A stretch of DNA of 63,995 nt, filler included, from Basidioascus undulatus (Eukaryota): NCBI GenBank assembly GCA_000826855.1. It is 9 parts of 9 records of this genome, joined end to end, with 100 filler letters (N's around TTAATTAATTAA, not from the genome) between each part and the next. Parts side by side here need not be neighbours in the genome. Positions count along the whole stretch, not along the records: positions 1 to 25,675 come from JTLS01000208.1; 8 more parts are not named here. One strand, 5' to 3'. Made by a program: the position numbers and the translations under genes. The notes below the pieces were generated by a model. That model searched no databases. It worked only from the letters and a program-made list of their open reading frames with translations, and had not been told where the DNA came from. How positions within the stretch are numbered: position 1 is the first letter of the stretch; each line of letters starts with the position of its first letter. Below are positions 1 to 14,532 of this stretch, in pieces.

Positions 1-69
1 TCGTTGGTGTAGTGGCTAACATCGGGTGTTCTCACCGCCCAGCCCCGGGTTCGATTCCCGGACGGGGAA
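1..69 (+). tRNA. tRNA-Glu(CTC), first ~3 nt cut off by the window edge
   Basis: D-arm TGGTGTAGTGGCTAACATC, anticodon stem GGGTG/CGCCC with loop TT-CTC-AC, T-arm CCGGGTTCGATTCCCGG, 3' acceptor strand ACGGGGA+A, then a TTTT Pol III terminator at ~72-75. Confidence 0.93.
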
Positions 70-1200
70 GCTTTTGCTCGTCACATTCCTTTTGTTTTGA
101 TCCTCATGGGCAGCCCATGGGCAGCCGAAAACATCGGAAGCCATCCTGCTTGTGCAGTTGTCTGGAAGCTATCTCAGCACGAATCACACGCAGGATGTGC
201 ACTACCAGCTGGGCTATCTTCACAGAAGCATCTGTCCATGCCACACGCCAGTCATCTAACTCTCTCGCCGGAGTGCGTCGGGTATGGCGGCGCAGTACGT
301 TGCCGGCTTGTTTGAGTGTTGGAAAACAGCCTCTAAGCCTAAAAAAGTGTTTTCGGGGCGCAGGCACGTCAACATACAACCCACCTTGGGCCTGCGCCGC
401 AAGATTTCAAGTGCGTGTTAGTTTCAAATATTTATGTACAAAGCACAAATTTAATCTTGAGTAGCATCGTAAAGTTCGAGTGGCGGTGCACAGTTGGTGA
501 CTAACCGAGATATCCGCAGCCCGTATTCTGCGTCTGTGTTCCGGCGCTCGCACGGACAGAACTTGGTCTTCGTCCGGCTCCTACCTTTCCCCGATATGAT
601 GCTCCAGCAGAGTTCTCCTCTATGAGCATCTTCCATTACCTTTTTGTGCTTTGCGCCTCCTTGCTCAGCCAGCGGATCTAGGGTGCGTATTCTAAGTTGG
701 CGGGTTGACAACGATCATCGTCCTTCTGAGTATTTGACGTGGTTTCGTGGGTCATACCGGAATTGCGGCAATGAGTAGGTACGGGGATACTTCAAAGAAG
801 TCCAATTTTCTGCAAGCATCGTCGGAATTGACTTCGTGAACAGATCCAGCGGTCTGCGTGCCCCCTGCTTTTTCGAGGACTCTCCTCAGTTCCTCTTTAC
901 ATTTTTCACCTGGTTCGCCTCGCCACTAACCAATCAACCCCACTACGCTTTCGCAGAACAGTCGCAGGTGGTAGGTTACTTATTTCTGATTGAAGGGGAG
1001 AGCGTTCTGATACTCAACGAAGCTTTCCAAACTGAGACCCATTCAACCCTTTCAATCAACGCCGCGGCGTTCATCTCCCCTGAGCGATACATGCGGGTGG
1101 GGTGTTCCACTTAACTATAATCTAACAAAGAGTCCGTAATGCTAGCATAACAAGAACTTGAAGAAACAGCCCGCAGACTGCTGTCAAGACAGCCGCCCTT

Positions 1201-2330
1201 TCAAGTCTCCTGAGCCCCCTCCGGCTCGTCCTCCATCACCACGTCGCCCGGTACCTCTCCCTCCTTTCCCTCTCTATCTTCCTCCCCTTCCTTGGCCTCC
1301 TGCATCTCCACCCCAATCGGGGCTTCCTCCTCACGTGGTCTCGGCCCCACCCACGCCTCGACCTCCTCCCCGAACGCGTCCCAGTCGTCCAAGCCCGGCA
1401 GCATGCTCCGCTCGAGCGCGCGCGCGTGCGCGGATGTATAGGCGATCTCAATCCGAGCGTAGAGGCCATCTAGCCTGTGTTCGAGAGGTGGTGCACTGTA
1501 CGGGGGAAGGGCGGTCGGGTAGGTGGATGTCAGTCCCTGGGGCTGAAAGGGCAGGGGAAGGCGACGCACTATTCTTCGTACGCCCGCACGCCGACACGCT
1601 TGTCTTGCGCCGGGAGCTGGAGGTCCGAGAGGCTGAAAGTGGAAGGGGAGGAAGAAGAGGTCCGCTTGCGCCTGGAGGTGCGCTTGCTCCGCGAGAAGGA
1701 GGGCGGGTCTCCTGCGGCGGAGAGGGCTGCGGCGCCAGTCTCAGCGGCGCAGGACGACTTGCGCTTCCGCTTCGAGCGGCGTGGCTGCGACTCCATCTGG
1801 CTAGGATGGGGCTCGTCGAGCGCGGCGGAAGGGGTGGAAAGGGGGGAAACGACGGTATGTGCGGGGGTGAGGATGGGAAGCGGGGAGGGCGGCGGGGCGA
1901 GGAAAGTCGAAGAGCGGGATGGGGTTGGAGTTGGGGAGGGAAACTTCGGGACAGGAAGCGGGGTAGGAGATGGGCCAGGGGTGAGGATGCCGGTCGTTGC
2001 CGGCCCGGGCGTCGTGACGGAGGATTGTATTGCGGGGGGGATGAGAGAGGACAGCTGCGCCAGAAGCTCTGTATATCCCGCCCACCAAGTCTCAGCCTGA
2101 ATAAAGGAAGCCTGGAGGTTGGGAAATGCTCATGGAAAGGCGAACGCACCCAGCTCTGAAAACCATTGATAGTTCTGGATCTGCTGCAGCTCCAGCGGTT
2201 GCGACCGCGATGCTGAGCCAGGCAGCGACCGCGCCATCGACTTGATCTCGCCGCCGAGCAGTCCATTGTCAGGGGGCGGCGTCGGCAGCTTCAGCGGCTC
2301 GCTTTGATGAGAGTACAACGCGAGGGACAT
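1201..2330 (-). CDS. Hypothetical Pro/Ser-rich protein with basic NLS-like segment and acidic C-terminus (2 introns; 5' end uncertain, possible frameshift near 2170)
   Basis: GT-AG introns at ~2150-2097 and ~1569-1497 join AETWWAGYTELL...RRSKRKRK...RAYEEYAPPLEHRLDGLY...GAQET*; no family recognised. Confidence 0.45.
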
Positions 2331-4818
2331 GATTGATAGAAGGAAATGTTTGCGAGGATGAAGAGTAGGAAAGTGCGAAAAGGGTGGTTCTGTTGCAGGC
2401 ACGATCGGTAGGGGCTGATAATCGGAAGGGAGGGAGGTCAGGGCGGATAATATGGAAAATACGGTATGGGGGCACGCGAATGCCTCGTGTGATGTGGACG
2501 AAGAAGTTCGACGTCGGTCGTGGACAACGGGTTTTATGAGGGCGAGCGCCTACACGCCGGTCGCCAGGCGTCGGGGTACGTTGTCTGCTTGAAACGCTCG
2601 AAGCTACCGGAGCACTTGTCACCCGTGCACACTCGGTGCAGCATGTCAACTGCGGAAAGCAGTGCCAAAAAGGGCGCTCCGAGCGCGGTGGGGCGCTGTA
2701 GGTCAGCAAGCGTCGGGTATTCGGCATCTGGCGTGGAGGGGAGCGTGGAGGGCGGGGCGGACAGAACGCCGGAACCCGAGGCTGATGCCCAATTCAAAAT
2801 TTGGGACAATACGCAGTTCAGTGTTGCCCAGGAACCGACGGGATTCCAAACTCAAGCAATTGCTTTCTTATATTGCCTCGGCTACATATACCGTGCGTTG
2901 CATATGCAACCAAGAGGCTGTGCCTACAAAACGGCTCGGGATTCCGTGTTCTCTTCGCACGCCAGGAGCTTCGCATTCGTGGTTCTTGTTCTTTACAGAT
3001 TGCCTTTAATGGAAGAGAGGTAATAAACCGCTTGATACAGGATATGATCTGTGGCACAAGGTAATGCACTGCACTGCCATTTGTGAACTTAGCGATGCTA
3101 GTGCACCGCTTGCCCATCGCTCATTTTCTCATCGAGTGCATTATGAGAATTCAGGGGACGGAGGACATTTACATAGTTCTGGATACGGATTAACACACTG
3201 TACACGGTGGCATTAGCAAGCTGGCCGGGCAGCCTGGAGATGGAGAGCTTGGTTACTGTCTGAGAGCGCGTGCTTCCTCAGCCGACTGACACATGTGCAC
3301 GCTCTCAAACACCGAGGACGCTCGGAGTCTTGCTTCCAAGCATTTTCTGTCAGTTGGCATAGGAATCCATCTTTTATGAAGAGTAAGCGCAGAATAAGTG
3401 GCCTCCTCCACTCTCCGCTCATGCCGAGACGAGGCATCGCGTTCCTTTGCCTCGTTGCCTCCGCCGTCTCGTTCAACGAGAGGAGTACACCGGCTTTGCG
3501 TGTGTAATGGTAAGTATGGCTCATATATAGAGGCGTATGAATATCAGGGCAGAATGCAGCATGCCCGGCGCGGCCCGGCGAGACTCCAACATTGTATACT
3601 ACACCCACCCCTCCCATGGCAGTTTTTGGGTACTGCATTCAAGCGACAAATGCTGTGAAAGTGGTTTTATGACTCATACAGCGTCTTGTAGGGTCCCTTC
3701 ATGAGTGCTTGGTACACAGGCTTGACCAAACATCTTGCAAGGCGATACACATCGCGCAACGCAAAGCTCAATCTGTCGTCAATGCAAATCCTCTGTGAAA
3801 AACAATGCGGAAGTATGTATGAGGGCTATAGGATTTAGTCCTGTTCAGGGGATGCAAGAACCTCAGAATGCTCGACCAAACGATGCTACGACAGTCTGCG
3901 CGGACATCTATGAAGCCGCCGGACGCCAGAAACGAAAAATTGAAAGAGGCAACCTCTCTGCATGCCGCAAACACTCAGACCAGTATCTCAATTGTGCTAC
4001 ATGTAAGTGATGGCTTTAATACAGCCTCAACAGCAGTATAGCAAAGGTACCAGCAGGCGAATTGTGAAAGGTCAACACGCTGAGATCCACCGCTGCGCTC
4101 TGCGCACACTCCACGCGGTACACCCATGGGCGGACTGATTGCACTGTTTACAGACCATTGTTGGAAACGCCACTCCTAAGGTGTGAAAGCACCTCAGGCA
4201 TCCTAACTTCCTGTGGCGTGGGGTCATCTGCGCCTTTAAAACCTCAGTTTGAACGTGGGTCACCGTTGGTGCCGTGAGACTGGGCAGTGGGGGCAGTGGC
4301 ATTCGGCATTTCGTGTCCAGTCCCTTTCCGGCAGCTTGTCCCCGTCCTGGTAGGGTTGCCAATCAAAAAGAGAGAATACAGTTCAGATCTAACCAAGAAT
4401 CCTTCCATGCTGGCGTGGCCTGGCAGAAAGAGACTGTCGATCTCGGTGCATCGGCACAGCGTCCAGCGAGCAGGACTCTCGACTGCGTCGCTACAGTTCG
4501 CAGTCCTCCCCGCCATCGTAGGGTTTGAGTTGCGTAGCCTCATTTCATGAGCTGTTCCCCTTACAAGGCAGATGGGGTGTCTTGACCGAGCCGAACAACA
4601 TCCTTAGCAACGACAGTACACAGCAGCGGTCCGTAAGACACCAAACGAAGGTATGCGTGTGCTATGCATGCGGGGACATCTCAATTATAGGAAACAATAA
4701 CGACCAAGAGAACCCAGTCAGGCGTAAAGAACGCACAGAGTGTGAGGGAAGGGGACGTTTGCGCAGCAGTCGGGGGAATCTGAAGTTGTAAATGGGGGTA
4801 TGGCGGTGGGTGAAGGTA

Positions 4819-7800
4819 TCAAGTCGACAGGTGGAGAGGATCCACTTTGTGCCACTGCACGGTGATGAGACGCGAATTCAGCGAGGCGTTCTGCCGAGGG
4901 AAGGGGGGACGACGTACCCAGTCCGCGAGGTCTCGCTCGCTGCCAGCTTGCAAAATGTAGGAATTTGAATGAGAGTACAGGGTAAAGACATTCGAACGCT
5001 GTAAAAAAGCCATGCTCGTGAGCGCGAGCCGGCAAACTGGAAATAGAAGGAGGACATACGCCCAGGAGTGCTTCCACATCCGGATTGCGCTCGAGCTTCG
5101 CAGACGCTACATTGACGACGCCGACCTCGTTGACCTCGTCCGAGCCGGTATAGATATGTAGCCAAGGTCTGAGGGGATCATCGCGTTAGCGCACAATAGC
5201 AGGCAGAGGATCGGATAGCGACTCACCGGCGGAGGACAAAGTACCTCCGAGACCACACGTCGTTGCCGGCGTCGGTTAAGTGGAAGAGGTAGCCCGCCTT
5301 GGCCTTTGTGTCGGTTCGCGGCTGGAGCTGTACTTGAGCGGAGAACATGTTGTTGCCTCCCGCGCCGGTGAAGCTAAACTGCGGCAAGTCCGGCAGCGCA
5401 AGCTCGGCTTCGGGAGGCTCGTTGATGGCGACCTAGAGACGCAGCAACGTTAGATGAGACGAGGTGCCCCGCTATCGAAATAAGGGACGGCGTACCGCTC
5501 TGCGTCCGACCATGCATGATTGCCACGCGTTGAGAGCACGGCCCGCGAGCTCCTCCTCGCTCGATTCCACGGGGCGAGCCGCGCCGGAACCCAGCGCCGC
5601 GATGAAGGCTTTGCTCGCCTGTACGTCGGCCATGAGGTGCTCCAATCGGCGTAGCTTGTCGTGATCTTGGACGAGTGACGCGCCCCTCGCTTTCCACGAC
5701 CCCAGCGCTTCTTCGCCGCGGACGTAGCGGCCGCCGGTGTCGAGCCGCCACAGCTCCTTCGCCGAGCGCGTCACCGGTGGGACGAGACGAAGAGAGAAGA
5801 GCGAGCTGGACTTGAGGAGGATCTTCGATGAGGCCAGGAAGGTCATGATTTTGGAAGGTGAGCGGGCGTCCCGGCCGTTGATCGACACCGCAGCGTCCTG
5901 GAGCGAATGTGAGCAATAGACGAAGACCCGAGGAGCGCAGACTGCTACTCACCATCGTAAAGACGGCAGGATCTTCGCAGTTGTCGATCTCGACGTGCCA
6001 CGTGACGCGCATGAGGACGCGATGTCCCGGCGCGGTAGTCCGATTGAGGAAGAGCGCCTCGTGCTGGCCCGAGTCCCACGAGCAGACGACCTTGAGCTCG
6101 CTCGAGCCGTCGGCCTTATACTCGATGGGCTGGCTGCGGGGCAGCCTGAGCTCGACGCCCTCCTTCGACGATGACTCGTGGATTCGGCCCTTCGGGTCCA
6201 GCAAGCGGACGTTCCCGAGCACCAGCTTGGATATTCTCGTCCACGGCAGTTGACGGCCCGAGTGATGGGCGAGCGTGAGGATGACGCGCCGCTGAAGACC
6301 TTGGCGAAGGAAGAAGCATCCCGGATCGAGCGCGCCTTGCGAGACGAGCTGCACGGGCTGGTACTCGCCGGTGAGGCCGAGCTCGGCGAACTGCAGCCAG
6401 CAGACGACGTCGTGCTGCTCCTCGTTGACGAGCTCGACCTCGGCACGGCGTCCGGGAGGCGCCTGCGCGAGCGGCGGCGGGGACGGCAGCGCTAGGCCGT
6501 TGGCCGGTCTTCTTCGTTCCCGAGCGGAATCGGCGTGCTCGAGGGAGACGAGGAAGTCGTGTTTGACACGCGCGTAGAATCTGCAGAGAATCTCTCAGCG
6601 GCACATCGGCAAACAGCCAGACGCAGATCAACTGTACGCACTCGATCGGAGCGTAGCCGTCGCGCAGATGGGAAGCGACCTCCGGCGTGACGACGAGGTT
6701 GAAGGACTTTCGGAAGCGCAGGTCGGACGAGCTGGCAGCGTCTAGATCGATCGCGCTGGAGGCGAACATGTCCTCAATGCAGGCTGACGGTCCGGCGAAG
6801 GCGGTCAGGCGGACTTGGGTGTGGATCGCCTGGAAGTCGCGCGACGACAGGCCGCGAACCTGGTCGATGGCGACAGAGAAGGTGAGCTTCGTCCCGACTG
6901 GAAGGGTGGAAGGGAGGGGAGAGGCGGAGCGCGTCGAGGAGGAGGAGGGGGAAAGGGGTCGAGAGGAGGACGATTCGGCGAGGGTCGGGCGAGGGGAAGC
7001 GGAACCGTTCAGTCCGCGCGACGGAGGGGTCGCGGAGGTGACCTTGATCTCGACGCGGCACGAGCCGAGCGCTTCGGAGGTGTACCGGCAGAAGATAGGG
7101 ACGTGGCATGAGGCCGAGATGCGGCGAAAGAGAGGGGCGAGAGAGACGAGAGCGGACTGCAGTTTCCTCCGCATCAGGTGCTGCTCGTCCCCCTGGAAGA
7201 ACGAAAGAGATGAAAACATACGCCGATGAAAGAGAATTCGGGAGGATCTTGCGAGTAAAAGGGCTCGAGGGTGGAGAAATGCCGAGAGACGCTCGGGCGG
7301 TCGACGAAGAGCGTGACGTTGCGCATCCGCTGCAGCTGCTGTTGCAGCCGGTCGAGCGACCAGAAGTAGATGCTCTTGTTCCGCTTGTCGATGACCTTGA
7401 CGGCGACGGTCGGGTGCGCGGAGGCTGCCGACGCAGCGTCTGAAAGCTCGCCGAACTCGCCGAGGCCGGCGATGGTCTCGATCGCGGAGACCGGATGCGA
7501 AAGCGACCCGCCCTCGTCGATGGCGAGGTTGTAGGTCACGCCGGTCTTCAGCTCGCGACTCTGCGATCGCAGGGTTAACGATGTCAGCATCGTCGCTGTA
7601 GTGGATGAACGGTGCGCGACCCACAATCACGTTCGCCTCCTTAACCAGGACGGCGTGCGACAGCGCAGCCTCCGCCATAGCTACGCGACGGAGCTTGCGC
7701 CATTTGCCGAGCGTCCATCGGATAAGGCGGAGCTCCTCCTCCGAGAACAGTACCGGCTCGAAGCTATCATTCGAGCCGCGGCGCTTGCGCTCGCGGTGGC

Positions 7801-10800
7801 GCTGGACGAGCATCAACATCTGCTTCTCGTACTGCTGAAGACGTTGCTCCATCTTCGCCTTCTCCGCCTTGACGACGACGAGATCCTCGCTGCCGGCGAG
7901 TGAGTCGAGGTTCGCCTCGTACTCGGCGCGCTTGTCCTCCAGCGCCTCGCGCACGGCGTCGGTCTCGGGGTTCGGGCTCCCGCCCGGGTCGACACTCGTA
8001 TCGTCCGTGAAAGCCTCGCCAGAAAGGTGCTTGCCACCGTTCGAGCCGCTCCACTCGCTCTCGCCATCGAAAAGGCTCATCCGGGACTCGGGCCGCGTCT
8101 TGCGGATCGTCCGGACCTTCATCAGGTCGTCGTAGAGCTTGTCCTGAGGAGCGCGCGCATTCTCAGACTTTAGCGGCGAAGTCACACAGAACCCGCGAGA
8201 TGGGCGCTTACCAAGTCCTCGTCATTCAGCTGATCCAGATTGACGTCCGACCCGTTCAGCTTCTTCAACGCGGCCTCACGCCTCGCCTGCGCCCAGTCGA
8301 AGTCGACCGCGACGCTCTCGGACGGCGAGCCCGGGCGAATGGCGGGCGAGCCTTCAGCACTACTCATGCACTCGAGCTCGGCGGCCGTCAGGCTGAGGTT
8401 GAGCTTGGACGCGCGCGCGTCCCGAGCTTTACGAACGTCCTCGGGGTGGTTGAAGCTGCGTAGTCGGGCGACCCGTCAGCATGTCGTCATGCGGCGAGTC
8501 ACATTCAGCACGAACCGGAAGATGTGGAAGTCGCCGAGAATGATCCGGTATCCAGACTTGAGCTTTTGCGACTATGGCAGCTCGGCGTATGTCAGCACGT
8601 GCGGACTGCTGCGAGCGCCGGACTATAAGGACGTACAGCACTGGGCTCTAATCGGTTTCCGTTGACCATCGTCATGGAGTCCGGCATCGCCTCGAGCGTG
8701 ACAACGCCGTCGGTGTTTGTGAAGACGCAGTGCTCCGACATGATGTTCATGCCGGACAGCCGAATATCGGACGGCTTTTCGGAGTCGACGTTGCCAACCT
8801 GCGTTCATGGTGCGAAGTAAGTAACAGACTACGATGAGTACGTGGAGTCCATAGCATACGATCGTTCGGCCGGGCTTGATCTGTTGAATCACATGGACGT
8901 CAATGACAGCTTATGAGCGTATTTTCGGCGACACTCACCTGGTAGATGAGACATTCGCTCATGAGAGGATCCTCGCTGTTGACGGGTCGAAAGTCAGTCA
9001 CGAGCGTTCAAGCTACTTTCAACGACTACAGACTTGAGGTTGACCAAATGTGGCATCTGCAGCGTCGAAAAAAGTCAGTAAACAATCAGAATATCATTAC
9101 GGACGCCCGCAAGTTGCCCACCTTTTTCGGTGTGCTCACGCCCACCCCACTCTTCTCGATCGTGATCCCCAAGTCCTCTAGCGCCTTCTCTCGCTCCTTC
9201 TGGATCTCCTGCGTCTTCTCCAATTTCTGTCCGCCTCAACCCTCGCATCAGCCCTGTCGCTACAGCACGGACCGTCAGCCTTGCGATTCCCGCATGCACC
9301 TCCTCCCACGTCTCGTTCAAGCTGCTCATGAGCTTCTCGCTCTGCTCGAGCTGGTCTTGAAGCTCCGCCTTGGTGACCGTCTTGATCTCGCCCGACTTGG
9401 TCTGGTACTGGACGATCTGCTTTTCGGGCGGCACGGTCGGGTCGTAGGTCGCCTCCGCCGATGAAGATGTCACGCGCGTCCGGAGCGCTTCGAGCTCCTC
9501 CTTCAGCTCGCGGATGAGCTTCGCGTTCGGGTCTTCGTTCACGACGGCCTTGTTCTTGATCTTCTTGGCCTGCATGTCGGAAGGAAGGTGAGCAAAGCCA
9601 TCGCCACGCAGTGTAGGGATGCGGCGGACCTGATCGGCGTAGCGCAGAGTCGATAGCGTCTCCTCGTAGTCGGCGGGAGAAATGGCAGCAATCATGGCAG
9701 TCTTGGAGTTGCCTCCGAGATTGTCTGTAGGTAGCCAGTGAGCACCGAGGTCTTCCAAGCTTCGCTGCGATCCGCTGCCGGACCTTTCAACAGCCACGTT
9801 AAGACCTACAAAGAGCTAGTCAGCATCATCCCAAGACAGCAGCATAAGTACAACGAACGCACGGAATCACGGTAAGGGATGAAGTCCTCCGCCTTCTTCT
9901 TCTTTCCCTTCGCGCCTTCCGGTGCCGCCGAGGCTGACGCCAGCGCAGCAATGACCTGTTCGCCAAGACTTTAATGAGCATTGCTGACTTTCTGCGTGGA
10001 CGAGATCAATGCTCGAACGGACCTTGCCGAGAGTCGTGAGCGACTTGTTGATGTTGGCGCCCTCCTTCAGCCGCTGGCCGGTTGCGCCGGTGGAATTGGC
10101 ACGCTCGGAACCTGCAAGATCAACGAGACTGCAGAAGTGAAAGACCGGGTGAGTGTGAAGATATTTGCCGCTGGCGGGCGTGAGGCGTACCTTATGCGCG
10201 AGACCTTCTCGCCCTCCATCCCCGTTTGCACATCATGTCGCTTTTGGGTGAGGACTGCGGTGAGGAAGGAGATAGATATCAGTTCAATCTCTTGATCATC
10301 GTGCCTTTCAGCGCGACTCCGCACCTAGCGTGAAGACACCGTGCGACCGAGAAGACGTGGCGTTCATGTTGGTCGCCGCGATCGTTCGCGCCTGTATAAT
10401 CGTCGCATCAGCTCTACCGAAGACAAAAGCATGACCAGCGAGATACAACGCACCTTGTTACCCTCGTCCATCATGTTCATCATCTCGTCGTAGCTCGAGA
10501 CGACGAGCTTGCTGAGGTCCTCGACGTACGGCCCCATCGTCGGGTGCTCGCGGACCTTGAGGTTGCTGTTATTCCGCGGGTTCAACAAGTCCTTGACCTT
10601 CTCGCTGGAAACGATAGCGCATCTCAGCACCCCAAGACATCCGAATGGAAGGCGAGGGGACGCACTTGTAGATCTCCATGTACGAGCACTCGACGGAGTA
10701 GCCGAGGTCAGGGTTTCGGTTGTTGGCGATTCGGTCGAAGAGAGCCTCGCAAGTGAGCGGGATGATGCCCTTGTCCTCTCCATATCCCATCATCGCTGCA

Positions 10801-11627
10801 GCAAACCTCCTGCATCAGCACATCCTTCGCCTGATTGCTCCGATGATCGCAGCTCCTCCTTACAGTACGACTTTCCACTGCCCGTCTGGCCGTATGCCTA
10901 TGTTCCCCCACATTCTGATGAGCTCGCTTAAGCCTCTATCTTCCAGTCACTCCTTCGCTCACGAAGATGCAACAGTGGAATCCCTCGAACGCGTGATCGA
11001 GCAGCTCGGCGCCGAGGTCCTCGTACAGCGTCTGCTGGCTCGCGTATCCAGGCTCGTCCTTCGGCCCCGCCGACCAGTACGACTTGTCGAAGGTGAAGGC
11101 CATGGTCTTCTTCTCCGTCGCCTTCGCCTGCCCCGGCTGCGCTTTCTCGGTCGAGGGCGGAGGGTCGAGGAACGTTTGTTTGCCCTGCATCCGGATCAGC
11201 GGCGTCGCGCCGCGGGCAAGCTCTGTATCGAGGGGAGGAAATATTCAGTTACTTTGTATAGACAGTGGGCTGCTGGGTAGCTGTGCAGGTGGTAAGCGTC
11301 GGAGCACTCTCGCGTGATGCCGCACTGCGAGTCCCGGCGATAGCGCGCTTTCAGCAAGAAGACGCAGCTTTGAGGATGTATTTGCTATGACACCCATCCC
11401 TCAGCAGATCCTTCGACCTTCAGTCCTTCCCAGCTAACGCCATCTGCTACTCTGCGTCCTGATGACCCTTCATCTCGGACAGGCACACGCGCTCGACCAG
11501 CTCGGCCAAGCTCGCTCCTCCGTGTGCGCGTATTGGTTGCCCCTTCACAAGCGGAAGCTAGATCCATTTACTCACCTCTGGAGTTGAGAGGCCGGCACCG
11601 GACCACGACTTTGATATTGCCCGACAT
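4819..11627 (-). CDS. kin3: Kinesin-3 (Unc104/KIF1A/Kin3-like) motor protein, multi-exon
   Basis: [13 protein letters not shown] start; P-loop [63 protein letters not shown] region ([28 protein letters not shown]); C-terminal PH domain (W-RRYFVLRR...[10 protein letters not shown]). Confidence 0.95.
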
Positions 11628-12207
11628 GGCTGCTAGCAGATGCGCTCACGCGCCGAGGAGCGAGGGGGCAGAGGAGGCTGCTGCGATCGAGCGCCGAAGG
11701 AGGTAGCCGGTTAGTCGAGTCTGGGTGAGATGTCCAGCGCCGGGAACGCCAGAAGTAAAGATGATGGTGAGCGTGAAGATGAGAATGTGCAGCACGAAGT
11801 GTTCAACGGCGAGCGCATTCGGGAGCACGCGCATCTTGAAACGCGGCGGTCCGAGCGCGCGCGACAAGCTGACCTGAGCAACGCAAGTCTCTTTCATCTC
11901 CCTCGTCAATGTCTCCTTGTGTCTCCATAATCTTTCGATATCGAGACAGCCATTTTTGGACTTTTTATCAGCTATACTTACCTCGTGCATATAGTCGCAC
12001 AAAGGATGTATCTTGCTGCCCCAGGTCTGACCGCCAGTCCCAAAGTTCTCCTCAACACTTCCTGCCTGCCCCTTGTGCAGTTGCTTGAGGTGGATCCATC
12101 GAACTTATGAGTGCAAACATAGAACAAATGTTCGTAAAATTCATCACAGAGTCAGCTCGTCTTGGCCCCGTTTCATCCCGCGACCTATTGCCCCTTGTGC
12201 TGCGCCT

Positions 12208-13402
12208 CTAGTCAACGTTACTCTTCGCCAGCTCGTTATCCTCGTCGATGAGAACGTCCGGCCCATTCATTCGGGCTGCGAGGCGAAGTATGTAGTCGTA
12301 GGAAGACTGTACTCTCTGCAGCTCTTCGAGGCTGCAGGACATCCTCACATATCGGAGCGACGGCAGCCTGGCTGCAGAGAAGATTGAAGCCGAGTGATGA
12401 AGCGAACTGGAATTGGTCAGAATTGATTCCCGCCAGGGAGATCGTGGAGAGTGTGGGATGTCCGAGGGCGGCAGCGGACGCTTCGGCCAAGATGCACGGA
12501 CTGTACGTCTCTAGCATCGAGCACAAACGTCGAGGTCTTCTAGCGGCGGAGGAGTTTCGTACGTGTAAACATCCAGGACGTCTAGGCGGGCGCCGACCCG
12601 ATCGAGAGCTCGACGCATTGCGTGGGCTTTGAAACCCCACATATACAGGGTAAGACGGCGAAGCTGTGGGAGTCTTGAGCTGACAAGAGCTTGGAGAATC
12701 TCACCATCCCCTACACAACTTGTAATGAGAAGGTCTAGGTCGCGGATGTCGATGATCAGGGACTCTATGCTGCCCGTGTCGAGAGTGGCGGGAAGTGTTA
12801 CGCTGGGGACCATACGCCATGCGGCCAGAACGTCAAGCTCGAGGCACTTGAGCACGGAGAAAGCGGAGATTCAAAAAGCGAGGAGAGAGGAAGATGAGTG
12901 AGCAGGTGAAGCTCCTGCAGCTGCTGGGTCGATGGGCTGACCGCAAGTCCCGCAATGAACACCGACCCGACAGGCTGCCCCTCCATGTAGTACAAAGCAT
13001 CGACGCAGCGGATGGATGCGAGGAAGCTGAACGGTGCGAGGAGATTAGCGTCCTGGTCCCCCTCCGCTTCCCTCTCCTCGAAATCGAAAGCAATGCTTTC
13101 TAGGCACATTGGCTTGCGTAGACGACACGATCGTCGAGCCAGTGCGAGGGTGAAGTCGACCAGACTCTGGCTCTCGCTGATCATGTTAAGAGTACGGGAT
13201 CGACCCGGCGGTTCCCTGAAGAAGAAGGTCAAAAGGTGTCGTTCTGGATGCCCACTGTAGGTCGCTCGACTCACTCTCCACCGTCGGTTGACGAGCGCAA
13301 CGTGCATCAACGGCAACAGAGCATCTGGACCGAAGTACCAATCGCCATCAGTGGCGAGGTGCATGATCTCGAGGAGAGAATATCATCATGCAAGCGGTCC
13401 AT
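12208..13402 (-). pseudogene. F-box/LRR-like protein, disrupted
   Basis: N-terminal LHDDIL-LEIM F-box-like motif broken by an extra TC (~13375); ALVNRRWR then an intron; further stops and frameshifts (~13187, ~12870, ~12511); LRR-like LQELHL, LKCLEL, LPQLRRLTL, LPSLRYV. Confidence 0.6.
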
Positions 13403-14532
13403 TTGGGAGGGCAATATTGCGCAAGATGGAGGGGATGACTGTGCAGGATGTGCGGTAAGGGGGTTGATGATGATGAGGGAAGGACGGAAGGAGCGAACGT
13501 GACCGCGGGCGCAAGTCATCGTTCAATCCCACATCTTGACAGTACTGCATAATCATGCTGACAAGAGAAGCCTTCCCTTCAACTGCCTATGGAACTGATA
13601 GATTTAATTACAGCAACTTGCACTCACTTTTAGCGGGAAAGCTACATGGAGGCAGAGATGTTAGACTGCATAATGCGAGGACGGCGTGAATTGCCGGCCA
13701 GCCGTCGCACCCCGGCAATGCGGAGAACTGATGGATAAAGCACAGATAATATCCCACAAGTTTTGCCTGTTAGAGAAGGAGAATAAGTCCAACAAACGCA
13801 TTGACAAGACCCGTTCAAGATCTTCCCGACGGCTGCAGTACCGGACTGATCAGGTTTGAGCACAGAAGATTGTTTCGTTGGACGGTATAGCATCTACATC
13901 TTACACAATATCCCGGGGTAAGCACAAGTTAAGCTTATTGAATTAGATATTTGTGTACTGTTCAGGTATTGCATGCGGTTCGCTACAAGTGACTAACGGC
14001 CTCCTTGTACAGGCGGCACTGTGCCGCCGGTTACGGTCTGCTGGTGCGTCTGTTTCCAACTGCATTTTGAGCAGGAACAATATGTAGCTCCAAAAGAAGG
14101 TTTCCCATACAGATCACCGCTTGATGGGCATTGCTTTCTTAGCAGGCTAAGAGCAGGTGAAATTGTTGCAGTGCTTAGCTACAACACCTGCACACTACTT
14201 CTCTCCTCTCCAATGAACTTCTTTGTGACTTAATAATATAACATAACATATGCTATTGATTTCGATGATCTGAGGCCCGCGATGATCTGATCCGTCCCAG
14301 TACCGTGTTGGAAGCTATCTCGATCAGCAGAACGGCATAATGCAGACCGAGCTGAAGAGTGCGCCGAGTGTCGAAGTACGACTTTGAGTCTTCATGCCAA
14401 TTAGGACATCCCAAATAATCACAACCACTGAATGATGACAGGCTCCGTTGCTTCCCAGGTGTGCAGGCAGTGATTGAGTCAACACTTCCTGAAGAATTGT
14501 TCCATCAAGCATTGCATTGTTGTTTCTGCCGT

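Noticed and set aside
1158..2159. Long plus-strand ORFs (333 aa, 207 aa) and similar long ORFs opposite other genes, such as 58380-59501
   Set aside because: Antisense shadows of GC-rich coding sequence with no independent motifs.
11225..11576. Relatively long first intron of kinesin-3 as a possible snoRNA host
   Set aside because: No convincing C/D (RTGATGA...CTGA) or H/ACA arrangement seen on the sense strand.
14264..14291. CGATGATCTGA direct repeat resembling C/D box elements
   Set aside because: Spacing is too short for a snoRNA and there is no terminal stem; likely a small local duplication.
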